64,000 bases of DNA from Octopus vulgaris (GCA_951406725.2 OX597835.1:23126001-23190000), one strand, 5' to 3'. Shown: positions 39,577 through 54,171, numbered from the stretch's first letter. The notes: a model not told the origin generated them from the sequence alone. Numbers and translations are program-made.

Positions 39577-40056
39577 TGATTATATTATTATCCATTGTAT
39601 CATTTCTTTTATTTTAAATGCAATATAGTGTGGTCTGAGGACGATTTAGTTGCTACTTCTAGCAAATCAAAACAACCACATGGAGGCTCCTTTGAACAAG
39701 TCTTAATTATTCAGTGAGGCACACTCTAATAGGCAGAGTTAGCTCCCTTCCCAAAATACAACTTGACACCCATTCACCCTCACCACCCACAATTAACAAA
39801 TCAAGAAAGCTTCTATTATTAGTCATGCGAAAACTGCAGTCCATGGGACTTTGTGAGTGGCACATCAAATTTCACAAGGAAAATAGCATTTATTAAAATT
39901 TTTCTGTAATACAGTCTGCCTGATAATGAATCATGTTTCATACAGCCTGTTTCTCGAAAAGGCTGCCCATGATTAATCTATATAGTCAATCAACTTGCTA
40001 GAAATGGCAGCCAAACCTCACTCGCATCTTTAAAAAATGTAAAGGCTGCTATATCT

Positions 40057-40318
40057 GAGTGGTTAGCAGTCACCCAGTTATGACCATGTGGTGACTTGCT
40101 ATAACCATGTGGTCAGTAGTCACCAAATTAGAACCATGTGGTCAGCAGTCAACCAGCCATGACCATGTGATCAGTAGTCCAGCACCTATGAACATGTAGT
40201 CAATAATCCAACCATGATTATGAGGTCAACAGCCCTTTACTATGACCAAGTGGTCAACAGTCCAACATGACGAGGTGGCCAACAATCCAGCATCCATGAC
40301 CACATGGTCAGTTGTCCC
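40057..40318. repeat. Degenerate minisatellite, about 10 units of mostly 25-29 bp with a palindromic core
   Basis: Consensus atgaccatgtggtcagcagtc plus 4-8 variable nt. Confidence 0.85.
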
Positions 40319-40637
40319 TCACATTATTTCTCACAACCGTTGGGCTAAATGTGCTTGTGTCAACAGAAACAATAAGTGTTAATACAGGTGAGTGATATCT
40401 CTATAGATTTTATAAGAATTCCTTGATTAGTAGAGGAACAGGTTAAGATTGGTTAGGATGAGTAACCTGAAGTCATCAAATTAATCAGCATCAACAAGGC
40501 TTGAACACGTGACCTGACTCTATTGTCATTATTAGAATACCTCTAAAAAAACAATATTGGATCTACTATATTAACCCTTTTGTAACCAAATTTCTCTTGA
40601 AATATACCGCCTTTGTTTCATCTAATTTTGAAAATCT

Positions 40638-40993
40638 TTCACTTGTTTCAGTCAAACTGTAGTCATGCTGGAGCACCGTCTTGAAGAGTTTATAGTTGAA
40701 CGAATCAATCCCAGTGCTTAATATTTCTAAAGCTTAGTACTTATTCTATCAGTCTCTTTTGCTGAACTGCTAGGTTATGGGGATGTAAACAAACCGACAT
40801 TGATTGTCAAGCAGTGGTGGGAGACAAGCACAGACACAAAAACACAAAGAGCTTTTTCCAGTTTGTCTACAAAAGCCACTCACAAGACTTAGATCAGCCC
40901 AAGACTGTTGCTCAAGGTACCATGCAGTGGGACTGAACCTAGTACCATGTGGTTAGGAAGTAAACTTCTTACCACACAGCCATGCCTGCTCCT
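40638..40993 (-). mobile_element. CORE-type SINE nested in the piggyBac-like MITE 40571-41174
   Basis: The SINE interrupts an element bounded by ttaacccttt and aaagggttag. Confidence 0.75.
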
Positions 40994-43815
40994 ACAGAAA
41001 GGCACACCCGAAGAATTTAGAAAAATAACTTTGTCACCCTGAAGCTGGTTTTTGGAACGTAATTTAATATGACATTTTGATGGCAGTTTTTATTTTAGAT
41101 CACTTTAAACCAGGAAGTCTACATCAAAGGACCAGGGATAGTCTGTCCCAGGCCATCTGGTATCAAAGGGTTAGATGTGGTTGAGGGAGGGGAACGTAAC
41201 ATCAATTATGATACATGTTCAATAGTTCAGTAATTGAATCATAAATTACTATCACTACAGAACTGGGGGGGGGGGTAGTAGTAGTAGCAGACAATGAACA
41301 TAGAGAGCATAGTATAGTAGAAGGAAATGGAAAGGAGAGAGGAAGAAGAAATGTGAGAGGGAAAGAGAGAGAGAGAGAGAGAAGAAAAGGGAGAGAGGGG
41401 AGAAAGAGGAAAGAGACAGAGAGAAATGAGGAAAGGTGAGAGATAAAGAGACGCAATGTTAAAGAGTACACCACCTGGAAAATATCTGAGTTTTGAGCTA
41501 AAAATAAAAAGGTAGGATTAGATAATTAGACCAAACTGTTTGACTGTTTATCATTGTGAACAGTTATATAGCTATATCTAGTTACACCACTAAACATGAA
41601 TGTGAATACTGGTTTAACCTCGAGCCAGCAAGGAAACCTCAATGTGGTAAAAATAGCAGCCAAATCTCTTTTGTATCACAAACTACTGTTTTAAAAAAGA
41701 AAACAGAGCAAAAGGATAGTACACGTTGCATAATGTAGTCCTAAATGGACTTATGTCTGATGGGGGAAAAACAGAAAAGAGGATGGCTACAGTTGGGATG
41801 CCTTTGATCATAGGCTTGCTTAATCAGGAATTTACATCCACTTTCCATGTTGACATGGGTTAGAAGAGCCATCACAGCCAATCAGTTCTCATTCAGAGTC
41901 ATTGTCCTCCTAAATGGTTGGAGGACCACACATCGCTCAGGTCTTTCACGATACTGGTAAGATCAATGCAGTTAATGTTCTTGAAGCACTGCAATTCAAC
42001 ACCTACCGAAAGACACAAGCAGAGAGGAATTTCTAAAGAGCAAAAATTCTGAGCAGTATGGACTGAAAGTGGCAATTAGTGTGGAACCTGAATGATGAGA
42101 GAAAGGGAGACAAGGAAGTCAGGAATGCCTGAGTAGAAAGGATAAGGGTCCAGCCAGTTCCAAGGAACATAAGCCATTGTAGTCATCACTGACATCCTCA
42201 TCATTTCATGTCTACTTTTTCATGCTTGCATGGATCAGTTAGAATTCATTGAGGCAGATTCTCTATAGCCAGATGCCCTTCCTGTTGCCAACCCATACCT
42301 GAATCTGAAGCAAGGTGATATTTCCTCATGATCAGCCATGTTATTCATAGAAGACTAGAAATAAAGAACCTCACGTGTATGATAATGATGCTCATTTACA
42401 ACCATCATATAATGTCTAGACACACACACATACACACACACAATGACAAGTTTCCTTTGGTTTTCAGTCACAAAATCTACTCACAAGGCTTGGTCAGCCC
42501 AGGGCAATAGGAGACACTCATCCAGAGTGCTACAGTGGGACTGAAACCAAAACCACATGACTGAGAAGAATTCTTCTTAACCATACTTGTAGTAGGAGGG
42601 GGAGGATGTATTTACAACATTAGGGATGACTGGGGGTTAAATAACAACTGGACTTTAAACTAACAAAACAGGGAGCCTCTATGCAAGTAGATCAATCTAC
42701 AATAAACAGCAGAGAAATATCCCTCAAATCACATTCTACAGTGTTAGAAAGTGGAAAGACACATTAGATATGCAGTTCAAGATAGATGCACCATCCCTGA
42801 AATTAAAGATATGATGGTCATGGCTGGAACATCTTTGATTATAGACCTGCAGCTTCAAGGGTTTATGACTTGGGTTTATTTCCTGTTTAAGATATTTAGC
42901 AAATATTTTCACTCTGACACTGACAGCCCATGGAATACAAACAGTTCCAAATTAGACAACTCCTCACACGTACTATTTCTAATATCATCCACCAGGATTC
43001 AACATTCTAACAAAATGGACAGGCAATTTATCTCTATCCCTCTCTTTCTTCTCTCAAGCCTTTGAAAAGGAGTATTTAACCCGAAATATTAAGTCTAATA
43101 TAATATTTCATAATATGTCTAATACAATATTTCATCCCCCTTGGTTCCACAATAAACTTCCTGTTTTAAAGTAATCTAAATTAAAACCTATCAAAATCTC
43201 ATGTTAATTTATATACAAAACCCCAGCTTAATATCGACAAAGCTATTTTGCTGTATCATTTATTAATTTCAAAATTAATTGAAACAAAGGCAAAAGAAAT
43301 ATGATAACAAAAGGGTTAATGCTCAGTTTGCATTGCTATCATCTTCTACAACACACAGGCTTCCTACATACTGCACAATTCTTCAATCAAATTACGTCAC
43401 TCATCTACACTATCTCACATTTCGATAAAATTCTTTAAAATATATATATTTAGAATTTAGAAAAAAAATAAATATAAATATACTATTTCCAGTTAGCATA
43501 GGGTTTTGGAGGAGGGGAAGATTTCAATTATAATTTTATAAAGGCGATCTGTGTAAGCTGGCGAATTGGTAGAATCATTAGCATGCCAGGCAAAATGCTT
43601 AGCGGCATTTTGTCCATCTTTACATTCTGAGTTCAAATTCTGTTGAGGTCAACTTTGCCTTTTATCATTTTGGGATTTATGAAATAAGTACCAGTTGAAC
43701 ACTGGGGATCAATGTTATCAACTTACTCCTCCCCCAAATTGCTGGCCTTGTGCCAAAATTTGAAACCTGTATATATATATATTGTTTTTCTCTCTAGTTT
43801 CAGCTCAGAGCTGCA

Positions 43816-43875
<60 letters not shown>

Positions 43876-45467
43876 ACTCATGCACTGGTATTATAGTAAG
43901 TATGGTCGGAATTGCAACGGTTACAAATCGATGCAGTAGAAACATGTGTAGGTCTATTTGAAGCTATATATATATATATATATATAAAAAGGAACTAATG
44001 GTAATTCTAATGCTACTTTGTAATAATCCACATTATTATATATTATTATATACACATACATACACACACCCGTACCATATTTTGATCAGCTTGATCTCTG
44101 ATCATAATCAGAAAATCACCTGGTGATAACTGGAAATCAAAATGAAAATACTGGAAAGTGTTTTGCATCATCTGCAAAGCTTGATAGTCATAGTTCCAAA
44201 AATTTATGATCTTACTATTAACAACAATATATCTAACGATAATTTTAAGTTTAAATTTTTTCGAAATTCACATTTTGAAAGTCTCCAAATGGAACATGAA
44301 TTTATTCTGTCCAACATATTACAAGGAATTCTACAAGTAAATCAAGAAGTCATAGTGCAGTTGCTCAATCTGTCAGAAGTACCTAAATCTCCCTCAAATC
44401 ATACCATTGTCTTAATGCTTCTGATACCAAATAGCCTGAGGCCACCCTTGGTTTGTATGATACAAACATCCTATTTTCAAGTGATTTAAAGATAAATCTT
44501 CCATCAAAATTTCATGTTAATTTATGTTCCAAACACCAGCTTAATAATGACAAAAATTATTTTACTAAATTTTTTTTATTTTCAAAATTAACTAAAACAA
44601 AGACAGTATTTTTCAACAGAATTATAGTAATAAAAGTGTTCGATTAACAGAAGAAAAGAATACGCTAAGCTATGTTGTCCTTGACATGCATAGAAATACA
44701 CAGAAAAAGAACAGTCAAGGTTGCAATGCCTTTGATCATAGATCTGCTTGACAAGTGCTACCTGGGGCTAAACAGCAAGAAATTCTCAGAACATGCATGT
44801 TGTCACTTATAATTTCTAGAATAGGCACAAGGCCAGAAATTTATGGAGGGAGTAGCTGTTGGTTAAATCAACCCTAGTACTTTATTGGTACTTTATTTTA
44901 TTGATCCTGGCCTCCACCCTTACTCACCTACCATCACCACCATATGGTTGAAAGGTAAACTTGGGAGGATTTAATCTCAAAATATGAAGAAACATAACCA
45001 AAAATCACAAGACATTTCATCTGATAATCTAATGCAATACTTTACAAGGCAGGAGCACATGCCCTACCAGCAAGGCATGGCAATATTTTGATGGGTCGTA
45101 GGACTTCAAAATGGGAGTTCGGAATGCAATAAAGCTTTAATTAAAACTCCTTTTAAATACACAAACACAATGGGCTTCTTTCAGTTACTGTTTCCTGAAT
45201 CCACTCAAGTTTTTGGTTGACATGAGGCTATAATAGAAGACACTTGCCTAAAGTGTTACATAATGAGAACTTCATTCATTCATGTTGGGATGCACAGTAT
45301 AAAGATGATTGCTCTGAGTCTACCAATCCATGTCATTTATATAAACAATAGTATATCAAGAAGGAACTTCCACAGTCATCACAGCAAGCTGAAGTGTATA
45401 GTATGATCCTCAACTAAGTGGAAGTCTGATGATGTAAGTGGGACACAGCTAGTGGTTCAGCCATCTA

Positions 45468-46710
45468 TTAGGTTGTCCAGAAAGCTCTGAGCGTTTTTAA
45501 GCTAAATCTTTTAACACTTCATTGAACACACCTGAAACGTAACACAGTTAAAACTTCAGTGTTGTTTGAATTGGTAGAGCATCTCTACTTTGTTCCTGAC
45601 TAAAAATGGATTTATCTTTCATTCCGGTTTCCCCTTATTGACATTTGAAATGGATAACCCAAAAATTTCATATTTGTGTTGTAATGCTTTTCTTTTTTAA
45701 AGGAGAAAATGTTGCAAAGACTTGCAAAAACATTTGTGGAGTTTATGGTGATGATGATGCTGTAGGTGAATCAACTGTTCGAATTTGGTTTGCAAAATTT
45801 GAAGATGGAGAGTTTAGCTTGGAAGATGACAGTCAAAGTGGAAGACCTTCAAAATTGGATGGAGATGTTTCAAAGGGAAAAACTGAAGAAAACTCAAATA
45901 TCACGACCAGAGGACTTGCAGAGGAGTTGGAAGTTTCTAAAAGTATGGCTCATGAACACCTAGTGAAGCTAGGATACATTTCTCACAATAATGTATGGGT
46001 CCCTCACAAACTCTCTGAAAAGAATTGCTTAGACTGGTATTCCATTTGTGATATGCTGTTGAAACAGAATGAAAGCATGCCTTTTTTGAAACAACTTGTG
46101 ACTGGAGATGAAAAATGGATTTAGGGTAAAAAATATCCTGGAGCTTGCATAAGGATGCTCCAAAACAGCAACCAAAGACGAATATCCATGCCAAAAAGAC
46201 TATGCTTTGAGTTTGGTGGGATCATAAAGACATTATTATGAGCTTCTCCCACAAAACCAGACCCTTAATTCTGATGTGTACTGTTGTCAGCTGGCTAATT
46301 TGAACCAAAATATCGAAGAATTGAGGCCAGAGATTGCCAACAGGAAAGGGGTAGTGTTCCAACAAGACACTGCCTGACCACGTGTCTTTGGCTACCCAAA
46401 CAAAGTTACATGAACTTGGCTGGGATCTCTTCCACCATATTCTCCTGATATTGTGTCATCCAACTATCACCTGTTTTTGTCTCTACAGAACTCATTGCAA
46501 GGAAAAACATTTCATTTAGATGGAGTCAAAATGCATCTAGATTACTATTTTTCTTCAAAACCAGTCAAATTTTATGCCAATGGAATATTTAAATTGCCTG
46601 GTAGATAAGCAAAGGTCATTAGTAGTAATGGAAATTTTTCATTATTGAAAGGTCAGTTATTTATATCCCTTTTTGCATATTTAAAAACGCTCAGAACTTT
46701 CCAGACAATA
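45468..46710 (+). mobile_element. Mariner transposon, full length, inactive
   Basis: TIRs ttgtccagaaagctctgagcgtttttaa / ttaaaaacgctcagaactttccagacaa, flanked by TA; about 1.24 kb. Confidence 0.92.
45645..46645 (+). pseudogene. Mariner transposase pseudogene
   Basis: HTH region, WVPHKL, TGDEKW, VFQQDTA*PR (HDNARPH), PPYSPDIVSSNYHLF (YSPDLAPSDY), FYANGIFKLPGR*; stops and frameshifts. Confidence 0.9.
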
Positions 46711-47217
46711 TAAGTGTACCAGAAGACTGTTTGATCAGAACTGATCCGGGATTACACCACAACGAGGAAGCCACTATGTGCTTGCTTCTTGCAAGAAATA
46801 GCTGCGAAATTTGAATTTACATTCAGACTATCATCTTGAAAGGAAAAAGACAAAACAAAATGGATATCCAAAAGGATGTAGTGATCATAGCTGGAATACC
46901 TTTGACCGTAGGTCTGACAGATGAAGGTTGACCAAGGTCAGATTTAGACCTAGTGGGAGCGCCTGGTCCAATAGGTTTTAGGAGTCCCTACAATTTTGCA
47001 AATGTAAATTTTCAACTGTTTAGATGTAAACAATATGAATGTGCATTGTAAAAAGAAATATAATGTTGTAAATAATCTAAATACAAAGAACATTTTTAAT
47101 TTCATATCAGTTTTGTATTTTCCTAAAAGTCTTTTTTTTGCATATTCCATATAATTTCAATGGCAATCAGCACTTTGAAAGCTTTTGACATATTGCTGTT
47201 GCCTTGTTTGTTTGTTT

Positions 47218-48120
47218 GCATAATGCATTGCTGTGGATTGGAATGCCCTCTTTATTATATAAGAAAACATATGTTCAAAATATTTTTAAAAAGGCACAAC
47301 CTAAAAAAAAAAGAGCTAATTCAAAACACAAGACAAAAAAAAGGGGGTTCCATTAAATTTAGGGACCCCAAACAGTTTAATGAGGCCCTAAAACTTAAAA
47401 GGGTCTCAGTAGCTTCAGAGGGATTCCATTAAATTTAATTATATCTTATATCTAAATGGGCCCAATAAATTAAAAGGGAGCTTCATAATTAAAAAAAAAA
47501 CTCAATTGGATAAAAAAAATTTAAACAAATTATCTATTTGACTGCTGTAAATATATTTCTTAATCATTAACTCCAAGCTCTAGGTTTTTCTGAGTTAAAG
47601 GGGTTTTGGGGCCATAACCTATATTGGCTCATACATAAATCTGGTGCTGTGTGTGTGTGTGTGTGGGGGGGTTAGACCTATGGTTAAATAACAGCATAAT
47701 ATATTGCTGTAGATTGCACTCTTTATTATATGAGAAGAAAACATATGCTCTGAGTATTTTTAAAAAGGTGCTACCTAAAAAGGAGCTAATTCAAAACACC
47801 ATAAAGAGGGCACCAGACAGTTTAACGAAATGCCAAAACCCAAAGTTTCAGTAGCTTCAGAGGAACTCCATTAAATTTAATGATTTTTAAAATCTAAATG
47901 AGTCCAATAAATCACAAGAGAGCTTGATAATTAAAAAAAAAACTTTCTTCAATTAAAAAAATTTAAAGAAATCATCTATTTGCTTGCTTTAAATACATTT
48001 CTTAATCTTTAACTCCAAGCTCTAGGCTTCTCTGAGTTAAAGGGGTTATTGGGTCATGACCTATAATGGCCAGCTCATATATAAATCTGGCCCTAGGGTA
48101 GGCCGAGGGTTAAACAACAG
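47218..48120. repeat. Diverged tandem duplication of about 430-475 bp
   Basis: 47218-47692 and 47693-48120 share collinear blocks (gagctaattcaaaacac, cagtagcttcagagg, taactccaagctctagg, ctgagttaaaggggtt). Confidence 0.85.
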
Positions 48121-48146
48121 TAACACTAATAAACAGAGTAACTTAC

Positions 48147-48280
48147 AGTTGGTATATTCTGTTCTGTCTTGTTTCTCTGAATTGCATCAATTTCAGAACT
48201 TAATTCTTGAGTTGTCTTTATTAGATTATTGTAGTCTTCTGATAGTTTCTCATATCTCTGACGCTGGTGGTTTAATAAAG
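48147..48280 (-). CDS. TAB2: TAB2/TAB3-like gene, coiled-coil (TAK1-binding) exon
   Basis: ttttttggcag|CT TTA TTA AAC CAC CAG ... CCA ACT|gtaagt; 134 nt, phase 1 to 0; encodes (A)LLNHQRQRYEKLSEDYNNLIKTTQELSSEIDAIQRNKTEQNIPT, similar to ALLVHQKARMERL of TAB2. Confidence 0.9.
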
Positions 48281-48409
48281 CTGCCAAAAAAAAAATTTTT
48301 TTTTAATTAAAAATGCCATAATTTTTTATTTCATTTTTCATTCTGCCATAATTTTTTATTTCATTTTTCATTCTGCCATATTTTAACAACAGTAGCATCA
48401 AACAATTTT

Positions 48410-48560
48410 TCATCACCAACATAACCTTCAATAATATCATTATTTTAATCATCACCACCATCATCATCATCATACCCATCAGCAATCATCATCATCATAA
48501 CCATCAACACAATCACTATCATAACCATCAAAACAATCATCATCATAACCATCATCATCA
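48410..48560. repeat. Degenerate (ATC)n microsatellite
   Basis: Direct inspection. Confidence 0.9.
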
Positions 48561-50236
48561 GTTTCTTCTTCTTGACCAGCTATGCAGTTGCCAGACCTGC
48601 TAGAAATATCACCTAAATCTCTTTACCGCATATTACACCATTTTAGGTCTTACAGGCCTATTAAGCTGGAGTTTATCACAGTTTCCATTGGGTATAAACA
48701 AGCAGACATACAATAATACTCCCTCCTGAAAATAGGATGCCACTTTGCTGCAGGGTTAACCCCAAGCTGTTGCTGATATTCATGTTTAACCAAACTCACT
48801 GCAACAATGAGAAATGAAGAGTTTTGCTCAATAGCACAATTCTCTGCTTGGTCTGGGAATCGAAACCACAACCATATGACAGACAGCAAGTTTGACACTG
48901 TATCAGGCAACATGTCATCACATATTACACCATACTGCCTTTAGCATTTAAAACAGTTGTATCTGACCAAATACTCTATTTGTTTTATGTTCAAACTGGC
49001 CACATCTGGCCCCTCACACCTCCCCTACACTGTCACTCTACAGATAAACAATCACATCATCAAAATCCCAAGTTACAAGATAATGTAAAAAGCACCCACT
49101 ACACTCACGGAGTGGTTGGCGTTAGGAAGGGCGTCCAGCCGTAGAAACATTGCTAGATCAGACTGGGCCTGGTGCAGCCTTCTGGCTTCCCAGACCCCAG
49201 GTGAACCGTCCAACCCATGCTAGCATGGAAAGCGGATGCTAAACGATGATGAATGTGAGTAAATAAGCATTTCATTTGACAGAGTAATCAGAGGGCTAAC
49301 GAGTTAAAAAAGAAACAGAAAAGAAAGGCCTCATTAGACAATGATTACAGATATGCAAAGACAGAATGGTCACAACAGAAATGCTTCTGGTTGACCATAA
49401 GTTTGTTCAATCAGAGCTGGCCTTCACCTGGGGTTAAATATCATCATAACCATCAACAATACTGTTATCAGCATCACTATTATTACAATAACCAATGCAC
49501 TAATTTCTGCAGGTAACAGACTGGTATATTCTTTCATTAGAGCCACCCAGATGAAAAGCTAGGGTAAGATTTGAACTCAGAATGTTAAAAAATGAGAGTG
49601 AATATGTAGATAAGATAATGCCAAGATGAGAAAACAGCATAGCTCCACTCCCTAATTAAACCCCAATTAGATACACTTCTCTGCCACATATTTTATTGGC
49701 TCTGGATAGATGAAAGGTAAAGGGGACCTGAGTGAGATTTGAAATCAGAATATAAAAGGAGGTAACTAGATACACAAAGGCAAAGTCGTACCACCTGACT
49801 GACTCCTGTGCCGGCAGCACATAAAAAGCACCCATTACACTCTCGGAGGGGTTGGCATTAGGAATGGCATCCAGCAGTAGAAGCATTGCCAGATCAGACT
49901 GGAGTCTGGTGCGACCTCCCAGCTTGCCATTCCCCAGTCAAACCATCCAACCCATGCCAGCATGGAAAACAGATGTTAAACGATGATGATGAATTTCAGC
50001 AGCATTTCAACTCAGAACATACAGATGGACAAAATGCCATTTTGGCATTTTGTCATATGTGCTAACAATTCTGCCAGTTCACTGCCTTAATAATAACAAT
50101 CTTTTCTCCTAAAGGCACAAGGTCTGAAATTTTAGGGAGGGGGTGAGTCAATTACATCAACCCCAGTATTTCACTGGTACCTAATTTATCAACCCAAAAG
50201 GACTGTAGTGGTTCGCTGTCATAATAATAATAATAA

Positions 50237-50793
50237 TCATTGCCCTGATGCCAGTACCAGGCAGTGGCTCTCATGGCTTCTAATCTTAACTGATTGGAAT
50301 TGTTCTTATGTACATTGTTTTGTCTTGGTATAAAAGATGGGTTACAGCAAATATTCTGCTCAGCACCACAGATTTGCCTGTCAGTTGTTTGACCATAACC
50401 AGTTGAGCATGTCCCTTAGTAGCTGACGATATGTGCATCTCTGATGACAAGCAGAAGTAGTGGGGGAGCATCATAGCCATGTGTTGAGAGGAATTCTCCG
50501 GAGTTTGGTAAATTCCCCTCTGGAAACATGGGTGTTCTGTTCATCATCCTTAAATAACCCTCATTCAGAGACTTTTTAAGCGAGATGGGGCAACTCGACA
50601 CGAAGAAAACTTTAACTGGGCCCCATGTGAAAGGTCATGCGTTGTTCATCATGATATCACTATGTCACGCACATATGGTTGTGATGCATAAGCCTGGTGT
50701 ACCCTTATCAGACAGGTAGTCATGATGGGTATATAGGGATTCATATGTTTGTACCCCAATGTCACTTTGAAAGCATGCATTACTCTCTCACTC
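50237..50793. mobile_element. Unclassified non-coding interspersed repeat next to (TAA)n
   Basis: GC-richer block with sharp ends abutting an (AAT)n tract. Recognised only as octopus-repeat-like; there is no second copy in the window. Confidence 0.4.
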
Positions 50794-50929
50794 CATAGAA
50801 ATCAGTGAGTGGGGAATACTGAATGTATTATAACAAGCGGAAAACAATAGTTTAGAAAGAAATAAAAGCAATATCATGATAAGCTTTGTTTTAATTTACA
50901 CTTGCCGCTTAATAAAAATATGAATATAA

Positions 50930-51200
50930 CAATTCAGGCAAGTGGTACCAGATAGTGTAATTATTCCTACAGGCAAAACACTGCAGGTATGGAATTTAGA
51001 AAAGATTCTGAACTATATTGATTTAAAAATAGAGATATCAAGAATGGAGAGATGCCCAGCAGCAAAAGTGAATGTTGTATCAGTTATCATCAGAGCAGTA
51101 AAGTCTATCATATCACCTGAGGTAGTTGCACAATAAGACAGGTAGTACAGAAGTGCTCCCCAGGTCATTAACTTAGAAAGGTACTTTCTATTAAAGGATT
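50930..51200 (+). mobile_element. Decayed R4/Dong-type LINE fragment (restriction-like endonuclease C-terminus)
   Basis: EKILNYIDLKIEISRM...VVSVIIRAVKSI resembles the EK..KY.DL.IEI.RMW...VPVIIGALG motif. Confidence 0.55.
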
Positions 51201-52964
51201 TTCAAAGTAAAAAAAAAAACCCCAAAACAGTATTTTATGTTGATAAATAGTAATGTCCAAGAATTTGAGAGGAGGGGTTAGCTGATTTTTATCTTTACTT
51301 GTCTCAGTCATGGGACCGTGGCCATGCAGGGGCATCACCTTGAAGGATTTTTAGATAAACAAATCAAGCCAGCACTTACTTTATACAGTTTAGTACTTAT
51401 TCTATCAGTTTCTTTTGCCAAACTGCAAAGTTGTGGGGGCTATAAACAAACCAACACACACATATATATATATACATGTATACACACATGATGAACTTTC
51501 AGTTTCCATCTACAAAATCTATTGACAAGGCTTTGGTTGATCTGGGACTATAATCAAAGAAACTTGCCCAAGGTGCCAACCAGTGGGTGGGACTGAACCC
51601 AAAACCATGTTGTTGGGAAGCAAACTTCTTCCCACACAGCCACACCTGCACTTATCAGTACATTATTCTATCAACCCTGGAAGGATGAAAGGCCAAGTTG
51701 ATCTTGGTGGAACTTGAAAGCAGAACATAAAGAACTGGAACTATTGCTATGGTGCCTATTGTATGACATCCAAATGATTCTGCTAATCCTATCATCTCAT
51801 GATTTGTAACCTAGACACAAGGTCACAAATTTGAGGGGAGGGGTAGTTGATTAAAATGAACTCCATATTAGACAGGTGCTTTACTTTATTGACCTTGGGA
51901 GGATGAAAGATAAATGTGGCCTTAGTGGGATTTGAACTCAGAACATAAAAAGCCATTACTAAATAACTAAGGTAATTTTTCCTACACTAACAATTCTGTC
52001 GTTCCACCATACTGATGATGATAATGTTAATAGTGATGATTTCTAACATAGCCGGCACAGGACCAAAAGTTTAAGGGTTTGTCAATTAACCCTTAAGCAT
52101 TCAGTTTGTTTTATCAAATGTAATTCTTATTTAATCAGACTGTTTTGAATTAATCATGCATTATCTCATGGCTTCAAAATTTTGATGATGAGATTCTATG
52201 TTTTTAGAATGACACAGTGCTCAACTGGTACTTACAATAGCTTACTTGTTTTTCTTTAATGTCCAAAACTGACCTCGCTGGTGTTGGTACCATGAAAAAA
52301 GCACTCAATCCACTCTGCAGGGTGGACGACAGGAAGAGCATCAAGCCATGAAAATCTTACCAAAACAGACACAGAAGTCTGGTGCAGCCTTCTGCCTGGC
52401 CAGCTCCTGCCTAACTGTCCAACCCATGCCAGCATGGAAGGTGGACGTTAAACGATGATGATGATGATGTCCACTTCTCATGCTAGCATGGCTAAGAGGG
52501 AAGGAAACTGAGGCAGGATTTTTACAGCTGAATGCACTTCCTGTAGCCAACCCTCACCTATTTTCATTATTCCAAAGGAACTTAAAAGTGCAGAGCTAGC
52601 AGGCAATTTGTTAACAAGAAATGTAAATGAGGGTCACCAGTTGTAGCCCAACCACAAAAAGTGACATCACTGATTGCACTTGAGCTGCAAATGCTAATGC
52701 CATGCTTTGAAGAGAAACACAGTTTTGTAAACATTTGTGTGCGCACACACGCACACTGCCTTCTGCCTAAAAATTCCTTTAAAACCATTAACAGAATTTG
52801 GTGTGTGTGTGAGTATTAAATATTCATATAGAGTCTGACGAGCTGCCCACAAGGGATAGCTTTGTGCATGCAAAACCTTGGGTAACTCTTTATAAAATTT
52901 TGTTATATGTGTGTGTGTGTGTGTGTGTATATGTGTATATATGTATATGTGTGTGTGTGTGTGT

Positions 52965-53380
52965 CCGAAATCGATCAACATCAATGGAAATTGCAGCTGT
53001 GATACCAGTGCCGATGGCACGTAAGAGAACCATCTGAACATGGCCGTTGCCAGCACCGCTCCAACTGGCCTCCGTGCCGGTGGCACGTAAAATGCACCAT
53101 CCAATTGTGACCTTTGCCAGCCTCGCCTGGCCCCCATGCCGGTGGCACGTAAAAAGCACCATCCGACCATGGCCGTTTGCCAGCCCTGTCTGGCACCTGT
53201 GCTGGTGGCACGTAAAAAACACCCACTACACTCACGGAGTGGTTGGCGTTAGGAAGGGCATCCAGCCATAGAAACATTGCCAGATTAGACTGGGCCTGGT
53301 GCAGCATTCTGGCTTCCCAGACCCCAGTTGAACCGTCCAACCCATGCTAGCATGGAAAGCGGACGCTAAATGATGATGAT
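52965..53380 (+). mobile_element. RTE-tail-related element with internal ~60-bp tandem units and (GAT)n tail
   Basis: Four ggtggcacgtaaaaagcacc-type units; closely similar to 63300-63815. Confidence 0.8.
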
Positions 53381-54171
53381 ATGTGTGTGTGTAGATAGAT
53401 GTGATTGATTCCATTACTTTACACACATATACAGAACATTATGGTAGCAAGCTAGTAGAATCATTCAAAAGGTCAAGCAGCATTTCTTCAATCTTTACAT
53501 TCAGAGTTCAAATTCTGCCGAGGTTGACTTAGCCTTTCATCTTTTTAAGATTAATGAAATAAGTATCACTAGAAAATGGGGGTTGATATAACTGACTAAC
53601 CCTGTCTCCCAAAATTTCACGATTTGTACCTATGGTAGAAAGGATTATTATTATTATTATTAAAAAGGCCACAAACTGGCACAATCATTAATACATCATC
53701 ATCATCGGATGAAATGCTGCTAAGCATTTTGTCCTTCTTAGCGTTCTGAGTTCAAACTTTGGTGAGGTCGGTTTTGCCTTTCATCCTTTTGGTGAGCTCA
53801 ATAAAATAAGTACCAGTTGAATACTGGGGTCAATAGTGACACATGTGTCAACCCAAGTGTTCAAGAGGTACTTACTTTATTGACCCTGAAAGAATGAAAA
53901 GCAAAGTCAACCTCGATAGAATTTAAATTAAGAACATCAAGAGCCAGAAGATAAGCCATTAAACATTTTATCTGGCGTGCTAATTAATTAGTTTGCCAGT
54001 TCACTGCCTTAATGATGATGATAATGATTTGTAACCTTGAGACAGCTAACAAATTTTGAGGACAGGCAGTGAATATAATTGATTCCAGTAATTAACACAT
54101 ATACGTAACACTAATACACAAGTACATATATGTTACATATGGGAGGGATGTGTGTGTATATATATATATAC

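Noticed and set aside
40057-40318. CRISPR-like look (palindromic repeats with variable spacers)
   Set aside because: Spacers are only 4-8 nt, repeats are degenerate, there are no cas genes, and the context is a eukaryotic intron.
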